From a virus: a stretch of DNA of 64,000 nt. Within the stretch, counting starts at the first letter, position 1. Each line of letters begins with the position of its first letter. The DNA lies in IMG/VR virus record IMGVR_UViG_3300042691_028844, positions 22,581 through 86,580 of that record. One strand, written 5' to 3'. The notes below the pieces were generated by a model. It was not told where the DNA came from. It was given only the letters and a program-made list of their open reading frames with translations, and did not search any database. This document shows, piece after piece, positions 35,976 through 45,767 of the stretch. The position numbers were made by a program, and so were the translations under genes.

Positions 35976-37820
35976 ATGGCTTTACTCGATCAGCTGCTTA
36001 GAGCGGGAGGTGTTAGCCCAGCTCAGATTCAGCGTGCTTTAGAGACTGTCGGCACAACCTTACTGCAACAGGGTAATCAGACAGGTCGGGAAATTCTTCG
36101 GCGGGTTAATCCGCAGTTAGAGAGAGCAGTAGATACAACTAGGCAGCAAGGTGCGTCTAGAGCTATTCGTCAATTTGAACAAAATCAAGCTGGACGCAGA
36201 GCGGCCGAAGCCGGAAGACCTGCACCCGTCCCACAGTTTGGTGGCGGCGGGCGTCCGCCAGCTCGACCTACAACTGCTGGTGGATCTGGGGCCAACCGTC
36301 CGCCCAATCCTCCTCGGGCGTCGGCTTCGCCTGAGCCTACCCCTTCGCCCCGCTCCACTGTTTATCAGCCCCCGTTACCTAATCCGCGTGGGCCCAGAGG
36401 ACAGTATCAATCTATTTATGGTGAACCGCGTTCGGTTATTGAAGCTCGTCTTCGCAGGGCTGTTCCCATTGAGCAGCCCCCAGCCACCGGGCCTGCTGTT
36501 AGTCCCGGTCAGTTAGCTTTTGACGCTCTTGGGCTGCAAGAGCCAATGGGTCCTCTCAGCAGACAACTACTTGAATCGGATCCGCAAACGTATAAGTCGA
36601 TCTCGGATCTTGCTGTTGCTGCTCAGCGGCAGTTTAATGTTCCGGTAACGGTTGAGGATCTGGTTGGCCCTCGGGGTACTTCACTTCTTAATGAGCTTCA
36701 GGCGAGTAGCGGCATAGTTAGATCTTCTGGCGGTCGTGCTGCTGGTTCGCTCTCTGCGCCTCGCGTCGAAGTTACCCTTGACCCCGATCCCAGCGATATT
36801 GTCCGTCGTGGATCTTCACAGGGGGTAAGTCTGTACCCAGAAGCTTCTGATGTTATCCAGACATCCACTGGGGCATACCAGTTACCTCCAGGAGGGGTGA
36901 AAGGGTTGCGAGGGTTCGGACCTACGGCTAATGCTGTTAGCGCCGTAGGTGAAGATGTTGTCGATATTCGGCCAGTTGTAGGCTCGCTAAGTGATGCCAC
37001 TGACTTCCGAAACGCTGTCGGCGGGTTACGCCAGCGTAATCTGGGCCGTTACGTTATGCCCGGTAGTCTCGGTGTAGCAGGCGGTCTTGGGGCGGGAGCC
37101 CTTGGATATTTTGCTCTGCGGGAAGATCAGCCGCCTGCAGGGCAGCGTTTAACCGATGCACAACTGTATCCCCCGCAGGGATCTGCGCTTCCGCTGACTT
37201 CTGATGGCGGTCCGAACGCGTATCCGCCCGCCGCATTCGATCAAGGCTTAGGTTCTGGTCAAACTCAAACCGCCACTACTGGCCAGATGGGTGCGGGCAC
37301 TGTAACCATTCGCATGAATGACAGTGCAAGCAATCAACGGCAAGCAGCTCAAAACGCTGCTGCTGGTGCCGGTATGTTCGAGCCCAGACCGCAGGACTTT
37401 AGAACTCCTAGAGAGTTTTATACCGCCGCATCCGCGTACGCCCGTCAACCTGGCGTGCGCGAGAACATTGCAGAGCAGTTAGCTCAGCGATCTGAAAGGA
37501 TGGGGCAGGTTGATATGCAGGCGTGGGCTAGATCAAATCCGAGTCTCGCTTATCAGCTGTCCCTGCGTAACGCCCCGCGAGACATTTCCCAGCAGACTCC
37601 GAATATCCAGGAGGGTGCAGTTGTTACATCTTTAGGGGAAAACAACGCGAACAATATGATTGGTAATACCGCTGAAGCGGTCAGAGTCGCTGAGGGCGCT
37701 CCTTCAGATATTAGGGACGCCACTGATCCCCGGTTAGCGGTTTCACTGAAGCCCATGCCCAGGGACCTTCAAGCGTTCTTTAATCGTCCTGGTTTCGCGG
37801 GCACCTCCCGTCTGTACTGA
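35976..37820 (+). CDS. putative internal virion protein
   Basis: P/Q/A-rich, central Gly-rich TM-like segment, WAxxNPxLAY. Confidence 0.7.
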   Translation: MALLDQLLRAGGVSPAQIQRALETVGTTLLQQGNQTGREILRRVNPQLERAVDTTRQQGASRAIRQFEQNQAGRRAAEAGRPAPVPQFGGGGRPPARPTTAGGSGANRPPNPPRASASPEPTPSPRSTVYQPPLPNPRGPRGQYQSIYGEPRSVIEARLRRAVPIEQPPATGPAVSPGQLAFDALGLQEPMGPLSRQLLESDPQTYKSISDLAVAAQRQFNVPVTVEDLVGPRGTSLLNELQASSGIVRSSGGRAAGSLSAPRVEVTLDPDPSDIVRRGSSQGVSLYPEASDVIQTSTGAYQLPPGGVKGLRGFGPTANAVSAVGEDVVDIRPVVGSLSDATDFRNAVGGLRQRNLGRYVMPGSLGVAGGLGAGALGYFALREDQPPAGQRLTDAQLYPPQGSALPLTSDGGPNAYPPAAFDQGLGSGQTQTATTGQMGAGTVTIRMNDSASNQRQAAQNAAAGAGMFEPRPQDFRTPREFYTAASAYARQPGVRENIAEQLAQRSERMGQVDMQAWARSNPSLAYQLSLRNAPRDISQQTPNIQEGAVVTSLGENNANNMIGNTAEAVRVAEGAPSDIRDATDPRLAVSLKPMPRDLQAFFNRPGFAGTSRLY

Positions 37821-37822
37821 TC

Positions 37823-38308
37823 ATGGCTGACTATTCCTCGATTGATTACAGCAGCGGTTTTAGTCAACCGTTTGATGCGTTTACAACCCCAGCTAACGCC
37901 GGCGGGTACGACTGGAGTCAGAGTACACCTTTTAGCGACCCTTATCAGCCGTCTATTCAGCAGAATGCCCCAGCGCAGACTAACTGGACAGACATTCTTA
38001 AGGGTGTAGGTATCGCTGCCGGCGGTGTTGCTAAAGGAATCGACGCTTACCGTGGCACTCCTTCCAGACCCGGTAACCCGTTCGATCAGTTTATGGCTCA
38101 AGAGGCCGAGAAGGAAAAGTACACTCGGGAGAAAGACTTAATTGGTGCTTTACTGGAGGAGTACACCCAAGGTAAAGATAAAAAAGAACAAGATCCAGAA
38201 GGTCTCCTTTGGCTAGATCGTGTTCTCGACCCTACGAAGCGGACTAAAGTTGCCGGTATAACGAGCGATTCGCCGCGCATGGCCGGCAGTATCTTCGGGA
38301 TGTCCTAA
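37823..38308 (+). CDS. putative internal virion protein
   Basis: GVGIAAGGVAKG amphipathic segment. Confidence 0.65.
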   Translation: MADYSSIDYSSGFSQPFDAFTTPANAGGYDWSQSTPFSDPYQPSIQQNAPAQTNWTDILKGVGIAAGGVAKGIDAYRGTPSRPGNPFDQFMAQEAEKEKYTREKDLIGALLEEYTQGKDKKEQDPEGLLWLDRVLDPTKRTKVAGITSDSPRMAGSIFGMS

Positions 38309-38320
38309 TCCTTTTTCACC

Positions 38321-38875
38321 ATGAGCTCAACTAGCACCAACAAATCGCCCTGCCTGATTGATCGCCCGTTTCTGCGTGGGGCTCGGATTACCTCGTCTAC
38401 CCAGACCTGTAACCCGAGCAATCCTAATCTTACTGACCTTATTCAGTTAGTTCGAGTAGGCGATCTTCCGTCTGAGGATGCTGCACTGATCGAGGATATC
38501 ACAATCGTCTCGAACGAGGATTATCCCGATCAATCAGGCATTCGTACAGCTGACTTAGGTTTGTACGTCTATGCACCCAATCAAGCTGCCCCTTCTACTT
38601 CTGCGGCTCTGATGGTTGGCCGCTTTGAAGTTGGTCTTAGCGGCTCCACCCACGGGTATCCTCAGTCGGTGCAACTGTTCGGCATTAACGCACCTGTTCC
38701 GCAAGTTGGGGACACAACGATTGTTGCCCCTATTCAGTTAGGCAAGGGCGAAGGTCTTTACCTTGAAAAAGGTTACATCCTCTGCGTAGGCTACATCGGC
38801 ACAGGACCGACTGCTGTTTCTGGTGGTTTAAGTCCGTCCGGTATTACTGTTTGGGCTCAGGGAGGTTTCTACTGA
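38321..38875 (+). CDS. virion structural protein (tail/adaptor-like)
   Basis: STNK.P.LIDRP N-terminus, GLYL.KG..L.VG...V.AQGGFY C-terminus. Confidence 0.65.
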   Translation: MSSTSTNKSPCLIDRPFLRGARITSSTQTCNPSNPNLTDLIQLVRVGDLPSEDAALIEDITIVSNEDYPDQSGIRTADLGLYVYAPNQAAPSTSAALMVGRFEVGLSGSTHGYPQSVQLFGINAPVPQVGDTTIVAPIQLGKGEGLYLEKGYILCVGYIGTGPTAVSGGLSPSGITVWAQGGFY

Positions 38876-38878
38876 TTT

Positions 38879-40411
38879 GTGCCCAAAAAATCTAACGGCG
38901 ACAACTTTAGTTTAAAAAGGAGCCGAGGGGAAAAACCAATCCCCAAGGTTCCTAAGTTTACTGGAGCGGACACACCGCATCAGCTATCCCAGCCGATGCC
39001 GTTTAAGCGCAGGTTTCGCCCTGTCGTAGGTACAAAGAACTTCAGTCTTCTAAGTGAATATGATTACGCATCTTTGTGGTCTCGTTGGAGGCGAGGATAC
39101 GAACTGTCGATGTATGCGCAGCAAGCATACAAAGGCGTAAATTACAGCTTCAAGTACTTCTACAGCGGAACAGCTGGAATAGGGTCTTACAGCCCAGGGT
39201 ACGTTTATTTGTACCCAACTACCCGAACTGACGACCGAATGTGGTCTGTCATTATTCAGCCTGAAAAAAATATAAGTTTCAAAGATTTTAGTTTAAGCAT
39301 AGCGTCTGTAACGAATTACTCTGATACAGTTTATGCTGTACAGTTTTCCGATAATTTTGGGCTGCCTTTTTCACAGCTTCATGGCGACACACTGGCTAAT
39401 AAGTTCACAGCGGGCGGGGTTGAAAAAGTAACTGGGTACAACAACTACACCGTCATCGGCGTGGGGAATAACGGTGTATTGGAGGCAAATCCTGATTACA
39501 CACAGTATTTCAACACTTTATTTTTAGATCACAGTCAAGCTAATAGCTGGGAAGTTGTTGACTCGAAGACTCTTAAAGTTCCAGCCTCTGGTCCTCCTGC
39601 CGTAGGCGAATTTTTGTGTACTAACTTCAAAGCTCAATGTACTTGTCCTGATTTTGTTGGTAGAGAAACTGTTAATCTTTACGACATATCACTTAAAAAA
39701 CGTTACCCCTACACTCCCCCTATCGACATGAAGCCGGGATTCTCTGATGCCGGTTCTCAGTCAGCGGAAGGACGAATTATAGATTCTATTGATAATCCTG
39801 GTTGGTCTAGGGCTTTTGGTTTTATATATCTGAACGAGATCTTTGAAATGCCTAGTTACAGCGAACGAGCGTATTCAGATCCTAATTTATTTTATTTTCA
39901 ACCAAAGTGGTGTAAACATGTGTATGCCGCTGTGTTCGACTTATCTCGCACACCGAATCAAACAGCTCTTACTTCAATTTATCTACCTCAGCCAAATGAC
40001 GAGCCGACCCACCCGGCTTACCGAGAAATGTTTGACCGTGAACTAGGCAAGCAGACTGATTTTTTTGAGAGGGAACGGGACTATCGCTGGTGGCTGCGTT
40101 TTGGCCCCACGAAGCAGACACTCCCTTCGCATATTATGCAGCCTGACACGTACAACGTGTTTTCTAAGGTAACTAACATTGGAACACTAGACAGCCCGAG
40201 CGCCGCCGTGGCATCCGGACTCTCATTCCTTGATGTAAATTCTTACAGCCCTTTTATTCCTTCTAGTGGCGTCGATTCTTATGTCAGTGATATATATGCT
40301 AGTGGTGTGTTGGCGACCTTCGATGCTGTTAACATAATTGACGGGGGGACGTATGCTAGCGGCGTACTTACATCACCATCTGCATACGCTATTAACGGAG
40401 GCACGTATTAG
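38879..40411 (+). CDS. tail-region protein with split SWIM-like Zn finger
   Basis: CTCPDF...WCKHVYA; C-terminal IDGGTY repeats. Confidence 0.65.
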   Translation: MPKKSNGDNFSLKRSRGEKPIPKVPKFTGADTPHQLSQPMPFKRRFRPVVGTKNFSLLSEYDYASLWSRWRRGYELSMYAQQAYKGVNYSFKYFYSGTAGIGSYSPGYVYLYPTTRTDDRMWSVIIQPEKNISFKDFSLSIASVTNYSDTVYAVQFSDNFGLPFSQLHGDTLANKFTAGGVEKVTGYNNYTVIGVGNNGVLEANPDYTQYFNTLFLDHSQANSWEVVDSKTLKVPASGPPAVGEFLCTNFKAQCTCPDFVGRETVNLYDISLKKRYPYTPPIDMKPGFSDAGSQSAEGRIIDSIDNPGWSRAFGFIYLNEIFEMPSYSERAYSDPNLFYFQPKWCKHVYAAVFDLSRTPNQTALTSIYLPQPNDEPTHPAYREMFDRELGKQTDFFERERDYRWWLRFGPTKQTLPSHIMQPDTYNVFSKVTNIGTLDSPSAAVASGLSFLDVNSYSPFIPSSGVDSYVSDIYASGVLATFDAVNIIDGGTYASGVLTSPSAYAINGGTY

Positions 40412-41436
40412 TGACTACTACTCCCGTAGTTATTCTTCTTAAGAGATCTTCTCTAGATTCGGATCGTCCTAGCGGAGTTATCATCCAATACGGAGAATTG
40501 GCTCTGTGCCGAGGATCCGGAGACCCCGGTCTGTATTTTGAAGATAACGCCGACAATATTGTAAAGATTGGACCTCCAGGATACGGTCCCGTCGCACCGA
40601 ACGCAAATTACGTTGGGTCGTCTGGCAACTCCCTAGGCGAACCGTGGAATGACACCTCAAGTCCAACGCCGTATTACAGAGTATGGAATGGCGCGATTTG
40701 GGCAAAAATTAACGCTGGTTTTGCTGACACAGCTACTATAGCTTCTGGCGCTATTCTGGCTTCGGGTTCTTTATTAGCCTCAGGCGCATACTTAGCCTCA
40801 GGAGCTATTCAAGCTTCTGGCGCTATTCTGGCTTCGGGTTCTTTATTAGCCTCAGGCGCATACTTAGCCTCAGGAGCTATTCAAGCTTCTGGCGCTATTC
40901 TGGCTTCGGGAGCTATACAAGCATCAGGTGCATACTTAGCCTCAGGAGCTATTCAAGCCTCTGGTGCTATTCTGGCTTCGGGTTCTTTATTAGCCTCAGG
41001 TGCATACTTAGCCTCAGGAGCTATTCAAGCCTCTGGTGCTATTCTGGCTTCGGGAGCTATACAAGCATCAGGAGCGTACTTGGCGTCGGGCGCTATCCTG
41101 GCATCTGGTGCGATAGAAGCGCAAACAGCTACTTTGGCTTCCGGAGCTATTCTGGCTTCTGGCGCCGTGGAAGCTTACAGTGTCTTACTTTCGTCAGGCA
41201 CACTACAAGCTTCAGGAGCTTTATTAGCTTCTGGTGCATATATTGCTTCGGGTGCTATTTTAGCGTCGGGCGCTATCCTGGCATCTGGTGCGATAGAGGT
41301 CGTCACTGTGGTTTCTAGCGGTCTTCCCGACCCCGTTTCTACTGCATCTGGGGTCTTGTATCTTCAACTTGAGCCATCTGGAACATACGGCTCTGGTCTG
41401 TATGTTAGAGCTGGTTCTGCCTGGTACTTTGTTTAG
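40411..41436 (+). CDS. tail fibre with ASGxxx hexapeptide repeats
   Basis: ILLKRS...RP...GELA...DPGLYF.D fibre N-terminus; ~29 xSGxxx units. Confidence 0.85.
   Translation: MTTTPVVILLKRSSLDSDRPSGVIIQYGELALCRGSGDPGLYFEDNADNIVKIGPPGYGPVAPNANYVGSSGNSLGEPWNDTSSPTPYYRVWNGAIWAKINAGFADTATIASGAILASGSLLASGAYLASGAIQASGAILASGSLLASGAYLASGAIQASGAILASGAIQASGAYLASGAIQASGAILASGSLLASGAYLASGAIQASGAILASGAIQASGAYLASGAILASGAIEAQTATLASGAILASGAVEAYSVLLSSGTLQASGALLASGAYIASGAILASGAILASGAIEVVTVVSSGLPDPVSTASGVLYLQLEPSGTYGSGLYVRAGSAWYFV
40741..41298 (+). repeat. 18-bp tandem repeat with 72-bp higher-order unit
   Basis: gcttctggcgctattctg gcttcgggttctttatta gcctcaggcgcatactta gcctcaggagctattcaa repeated. Confidence 0.95.
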
Positions 41437-41975
41437 CCCCTTAAGGTAGCTTTAAGCATCCACGAGGACTTAAAGCAGAAGTTGACGAGATCCGCTAGTT
41501 TATTTTCTACATCTGGCGCTTCCACGGTTTTAGCGGTATTTCCTACTTCTTTTGCGGCCATACCGAGTTCTTCTAAGTTATTTAGATAGGTCGTGACCAT
41601 AGATCTTGCGTCATATGATTTCACGTGAGTAAAGTTCATGCAAGCCGAATCGAGACCTTTCTCGCACATTGGCATTAAGTAATTCATCGAGCGAATAAGC
41701 TCAGCCAAAGTATCGAAGTTTTCGATGTTGCTGGCGTACTGCTCTTTAAAAAAATCGTGCAGAGGAAAAAACAACGGCCCTTCGACGTTTAAATGAATTA
41801 AATGTGATTGAATGTAGAGCTTGTTAATGTATGAAGACAGGGACATCAGTTGACGAATTAGTGTGTCAACTGACGCTCCCTGTTCCACCTCTACCGGTTC
41901 GCTAACTACAACCATTTCTCCCCGCGTGGTCGGAGGAGTCATAGCTATCTGTTCAAACGAACCGGAGAGAGTCAT
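41433..41975 (-). CDS. dps: Dps/ferritin-like protein
   Basis: HLIHLNVEGPLFFPLHDFFKEQY...FDTLAE...K..WML. Confidence 0.88.
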   Translation of the reverse strand: MTLSGSFEQIAMTPPTTRGEMVVVSEPVEVEQGASVDTLIRQLMSLSSYINKLYIQSHLIHLNVEGPLFFPLHDFFKEQYASNIENFDTLAELIRSMNYLMPMCEKGLDSACMNFTHVKSYDARSMVTTYLNNLEELGMAAKEVGNTAKTVEAPDVENKLADLVNFCFKSSWMLKATLRG

Positions 41976-41977
41976 CG

Positions 41978-42247
41978 TCAGGCAGCTACAGCAGTCGAAA
42001 TAGTTTCGACAGTTTCTTCTTCCACTGTAGCCGCAGTGGAACTTTGCAGGTACTCTTCAAGCGCGACTTTCTTGACACGGAAGAGGGACTTAGCGCCGTT
42101 CGGCTGCAGATTTACATACACAGTTTTAGGCCAACCGCCAGGCTGGTTAGCTTCAGACAGCGCGATACGCTTCCGAACGAACCCACTGCTGCAGTTAAGC
42201 AGTTCCGCAGTTTCTGCAATCGTGAGCAGCGTTTTGTTGTCAGACAT
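41978..42247 (-). CDS. excisionase-like HTH_17 protein
   Basis: LLTIAETAELLNCS...VRK. Confidence 0.8.
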   Translation of the reverse strand: MSDNKTLLTIAETAELLNCSSGFVRKRIALSEANQPGGWPKTVYVNLQPNGAKSLFRVKKVALEEYLQSSTAATVEEETVETISTAVAA

Positions 42248-42375
42248 TTGAAGTGTGTGCAGGAGAGCAACTTGGATATACTACTCTGGTTGTGTTCCCA
42301 GGCAACGGTGTTTGTGACTGTTAAAATCTTTTTAACATTTGTTTTGTTATAATCAGTTTGATTTGATCTGGGCTC

Positions 42376-42624
42376 ATGACGGTTCGAATTGCAGGAGAGG
42401 TTTTTAAAGGGTACAATCAGCCGAAGCGAGACGTTCAGAGCGGCAAGGAATACTCCGTGGCAGCGAAGGAGAACGGTAAGATTCGTCTAGTTCGGTTTGG
42501 TGATCCGAACATGGAAAACCGCAGCGATGATCCGGCCCGCAAGCGAGCTTTCCGTTCCCGCCACAGCTGCGACGAGCCTAAGAGCAAACTGTCAGCAGGG
42601 TACTGGTCTTGTAAAGCTTGGTAA
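42376..42624 (+). CDS. conserved phage protein (DUF6321-like)
   Basis: VRFGDPNM...RKRAFRSRHSC...AGYWSCKAW. Confidence 0.8.
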   Translation: MTVRIAGEVFKGYNQPKRDVQSGKEYSVAAKENGKIRLVRFGDPNMENRSDDPARKRAFRSRHSCDEPKSKLSAGYWSCKAW

Positions 42625-42695
42625 TGTATGCGTTCTGTGCGCTTTTATCGTTGCAGCCTGTCGGCCTTAGACTGACGACAGCTACCATGTAGTCG

Positions 42696-42956
42696 ATGGA
42701 CTCGCAGAACGATTCGGGCAGTGTTCAGGTTAGTCTGACACTAGAAGATGAGTTTGTATTAACCCAGATCAGAAACAAAGCAAAAGCTTGTAATACTCCC
42801 AAAGAACGAGATCAGTTTTTTTGGCTTACTGTGTGCCGCTTAATTGCGCGTGAACGTGCGTACAAGGCTGTATTGCACGGCTGCGGCATATCCGTCAGTG
42901 CTAACGTCCAGCTGTTCGAAGAGGAAGGTCCGGACGAAAAAGAAGTAGTAAACTGA
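42696..42956 (+). CDS. hypothetical protein
   Basis: ORF with upstream TAGACT. Confidence 0.65.
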   Translation: MDSQNDSGSVQVSLTLEDEFVLTQIRNKAKACNTPKERDQFFWLTVCRLIARERAYKAVLHGCGISVSANVQLFEEEGPDEKEVVN

Positions 42957-42984
42957 ATCTAAGTAGTTGTAGTTAGGGTTCGGT

Positions 42985-44301
42985 ATGGCTCCACAACGCC
43001 AAGCTCGCGTAGGGATCCTGCCTCCTGCAGATAAAGCGGCGATTGTTCGAGCGGCACAGCAATTACAGTTAGATCCTTATGAGCTTGGCGCGTTTCTCTC
43101 ACTGGAATCAGGGCCCAATATGGACCCCAACGTATGGGGCGGCCTTAATGACGATTACTATGGTTTGATTCAATTTGGTCGCAATGAGAGATCTAAATAT
43201 TTAGATCCTCGTTTAATAGGTACCTATACGCGAGCCGAGCAAATACCTAAGGCCGTTCAGTTCTTACTGGATAGGGGGTTTAAGCCCGGAAAGATGGGCG
43301 TAGGGCAAGCGTATGCGACAGTGCTACTAGGAAATCCTTATGAACCTTTAACAAACAAAGATTCGTGGGGAACAAGCCCCGCTAATTCCCTCCGCCGTTT
43401 CAAACCTGGCGGAGATTTGTATGCAAACGCAAAGAGAGTTTTAGGGGACATAGCCGCCCCCACGCAACCTTCGGGGCCGAGATTTGAGCGCCCTTCCCAA
43501 GTAGATATTCCGACTGGGCAACAGCCTGGTCAGCCTGCATCTGCGACAGTTAACCGCCCTCCGCAGGATATTTTTCAAAATTTAATGCAAGGCGTTCAAA
43601 AAATATTTGGTACAACCGGGCCTAGAAGATCGTCGAGCGAAGATTACTTAGATAAGGCTATGGCCCTTGATTCTGCGGGGCAATCAGATGAAGCTATGAA
43701 ATACTATGAAGCTGCTTTTGCTAGTGATGCTACTCCATCTAAATCAGACGATTTAGAGGAAACTTTTTCCTCTGTGTTACAACCGGCTGTTACATCTTAT
43801 CTTGATGTTATGAACCAGCGGAGTGCTACTGGGCCAACAACTACGGCTGCGCCAGCTCCTGCTCCGGGTACTCCTACTCCGGCTGGGCCCATGGGCTCGA
43901 TACGTGCTGGACGGATCGCTCACCCTCATGAAGATGTGTTCCCTACTACTGGCCCTCATCTGCATGTACGTGTCTTACGTAACAATGAGGATGTGAATCC
44001 TGAGTACACCCGGTCTATTCTCCAGAATCTTTATGCTGGAGGTAAACCGCTGTATGCTTTACAAGGCTCTGAGTGGAGACCTTCTTACCCTATAACTTCG
44101 CGGTTTGGTCCTCGTACGGCGCCGACCGCCGGGGCATCCACGTATCACCGAGGTGTTGATTACGGTATTCCCGCCGAAACTCCGTTGGAGTGGAGAGGTC
44201 GAGGAACGTACAGACCCGAGCGTGGCTTCGGTGTTATAGAAACTACAGATCCTCAGGGTCAACCATACACGATTAGATTAGCTCACACGGTTCCTGGTTA
44301 A
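42985..44301 (+). CDS. virion peptidoglycan hydrolase: lysozyme-like domain plus circularly permuted M23 peptidase
   Basis: LESG...GLIQFG; TGPHLH precedes ITSRFG...HRGVD...LAH. Confidence 0.8.
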   Translation: MAPQRQARVGILPPADKAAIVRAAQQLQLDPYELGAFLSLESGPNMDPNVWGGLNDDYYGLIQFGRNERSKYLDPRLIGTYTRAEQIPKAVQFLLDRGFKPGKMGVGQAYATVLLGNPYEPLTNKDSWGTSPANSLRRFKPGGDLYANAKRVLGDIAAPTQPSGPRFERPSQVDIPTGQQPGQPASATVNRPPQDIFQNLMQGVQKIFGTTGPRRSSSEDYLDKAMALDSAGQSDEAMKYYEAAFASDATPSKSDDLEETFSSVLQPAVTSYLDVMNQRSATGPTTTAAPAPAPGTPTPAGPMGSIRAGRIAHPHEDVFPTTGPHLHVRVLRNNEDVNPEYTRSILQNLYAGGKPLYALQGSEWRPSYPITSRFGPRTAPTAGASTYHRGVDYGIPAETPLEWRGRGTYRPERGFGVIETTDPQGQPYTIRLAHTVPG

Positions 44302-44382
44302 TTGCTTCTGATCGCTATTACGCTTTTTGCTTTAACCTACGCTTGTTGTTTCAGCTAAGATACCGGTAGGGTTTTTTGTATT

Positions 44383-44937
44383 ATGGGCAAAAAAGACACT
44401 GGCGCTGCTTTCAGACCCGAGGTTAGAGAAGTTGTGCGCTCCGCAAAGCGGGAACAGCGAAAAATGACGCGTCAACTAAAGCGTAAAGCTGATAAATATG
44501 TTGGTAGTGCGCCTAAAAGCACTGGTGCTGTCCAGGAAGAATTGGGTTCAGCGTCGGGACGCACGTTCCCACAATATGTTTCTGGTACGGAACGACGATT
44601 TTTCGGGGGGACCACTGATGTCACAAACGCTTATCGCCAAGTTTTGCGTAATTTTCAGCCGAACATTCTCGGTTCGCGCAGCCAAACTGGTTTGGACTCT
44701 TATCTTGGCGGGTTGAGGAGAGCCTACGGTTCTGAAATTCAACAGCAGGGTTTGGCTGGCCGGGAACGGTTATCTACTCTGCCTGAAGAGGCTCGCACTG
44801 CATTTACCTTGTCGGAACAAAACCCAGCATTCAATAATTTAAGAAACGAGCAGTACATGTCTCTGGCTCAAGACCCGCCGACCGTCTCTAATGACGCCAT
44901 GGCTATGTATAGAAGTCTCTTTACTTATAATGTCTGA
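44383..44937 (+). CDS. hypothetical protein
   Basis: 184 aa ORF. Confidence 0.65.
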   Translation: MGKKDTGAAFRPEVREVVRSAKREQRKMTRQLKRKADKYVGSAPKSTGAVQEELGSASGRTFPQYVSGTERRFFGGTTDVTNAYRQVLRNFQPNILGSRSQTGLDSYLGGLRRAYGSEIQQQGLAGRERLSTLPEEARTAFTLSEQNPAFNNLRNEQYMSLAQDPPTVSNDAMAMYRSLFTYNV

Positions 44938-45217
44938 TCAGCTTCCCAGCACACGACGGGAGCGGAGGATAGGTTTTCATTCGGAAGCACCCTTCGCCAA
45001 GCACGAATATCGGTTTAGAAATCGTTTAGACATCCGTTTAGCTGGGAAAATCTGGGAAGAGGGGCCTCGGGAGCGACAAATTCGTTTAGCGCGTGAGCGG
45101 AATAAGCGTCGTGGTAAACAAGATTCAGCGTGGATACCCGCACCTACAAGTAATAAGCCCGATGAAGATTACTCAACTGTAGAGTACATCACACATATAC
45201 CCGGCCTAGCAGACTGA
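44930..45217 (+). CDS. hypothetical basic protein (RLAG motif)
   Basis: Likely start MSDQLP overlapping upstream stop. Confidence 0.6.
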   Translation: MSDQLPSTRRERRIGFHSEAPFAKHEYRFRNRLDIRLAGKIWEEGPRERQIRLARERNKRRGKQDSAWIPAPTSNKPDEDYSTVEYITHIPGLAD

Positions 45218-45767
45218 ACATATCTATAAATTCTCTAACCCGTGCTTCTGTGTTGTAGGGTGACGGTACGTAAAAAATAAAACCTAGACACCTAGTGTTT
45301 TCTAACTTACTTAGATTTGGTTCATCTACATAAAGTTCAGGTTTTTTACTCATAATACAAACAGGTAAATCTATATTCAGTTGTTGGGTTGTTAATAGAG
45401 CCACTTCTGTGGAAGTGAGGAAGATTAAGCCTTCTTCGTATTCTTGTCTTTTGTATTTTCTAATAGCTTCTTCTAACCATATGCGTTGAGCGGACTTTCT
45501 TGCTCGCTTTACCCGGCGGTATAACAGCATGTCCTTAGGCTGCTCTTCTTTATTTAAGAAGTCCCGAGGAGGAAACAAATAGAGTGTTTTAGCTTTCCAT
45601 AACTGTTTTAGTCCGTCTTCTTTTGGTGTATAGTATGTGTGTGCGTTTATAACTGTGTTTGCTACATCACTTGAGGCCGGGTCTAAATCGATCCGGCCGT
45701 TGAAGAACGCCGTGGCAACCCCCGCTACGTCGGGAGGAGAGACAAAATCAATTGCTGCTAGTGGCAT
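45189..45767 (-). CDS. phage DNA N6-adenine methyltransferase-like protein with divergent catalytic motif
   Basis: IDLDPASS..AN, YT.KEDGL.Q.W, FPPR at the NPPY position. Confidence 0.7.
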   Translation of the reverse strand: MPLAAIDFVSPPDVAGVATAFFNGRIDLDPASSDVANTVINAHTYYTPKEDGLKQLWKAKTLYLFPPRDFLNKEEQPKDMLLYRRVKRARKSAQRIWLEEAIRKYKRQEYEEGLIFLTSTEVALLTTQQLNIDLPVCIMSKKPELYVDEPNLSKLENTRCLGFIFYVPSPYNTEARVREFIDMFSLLGRVYV

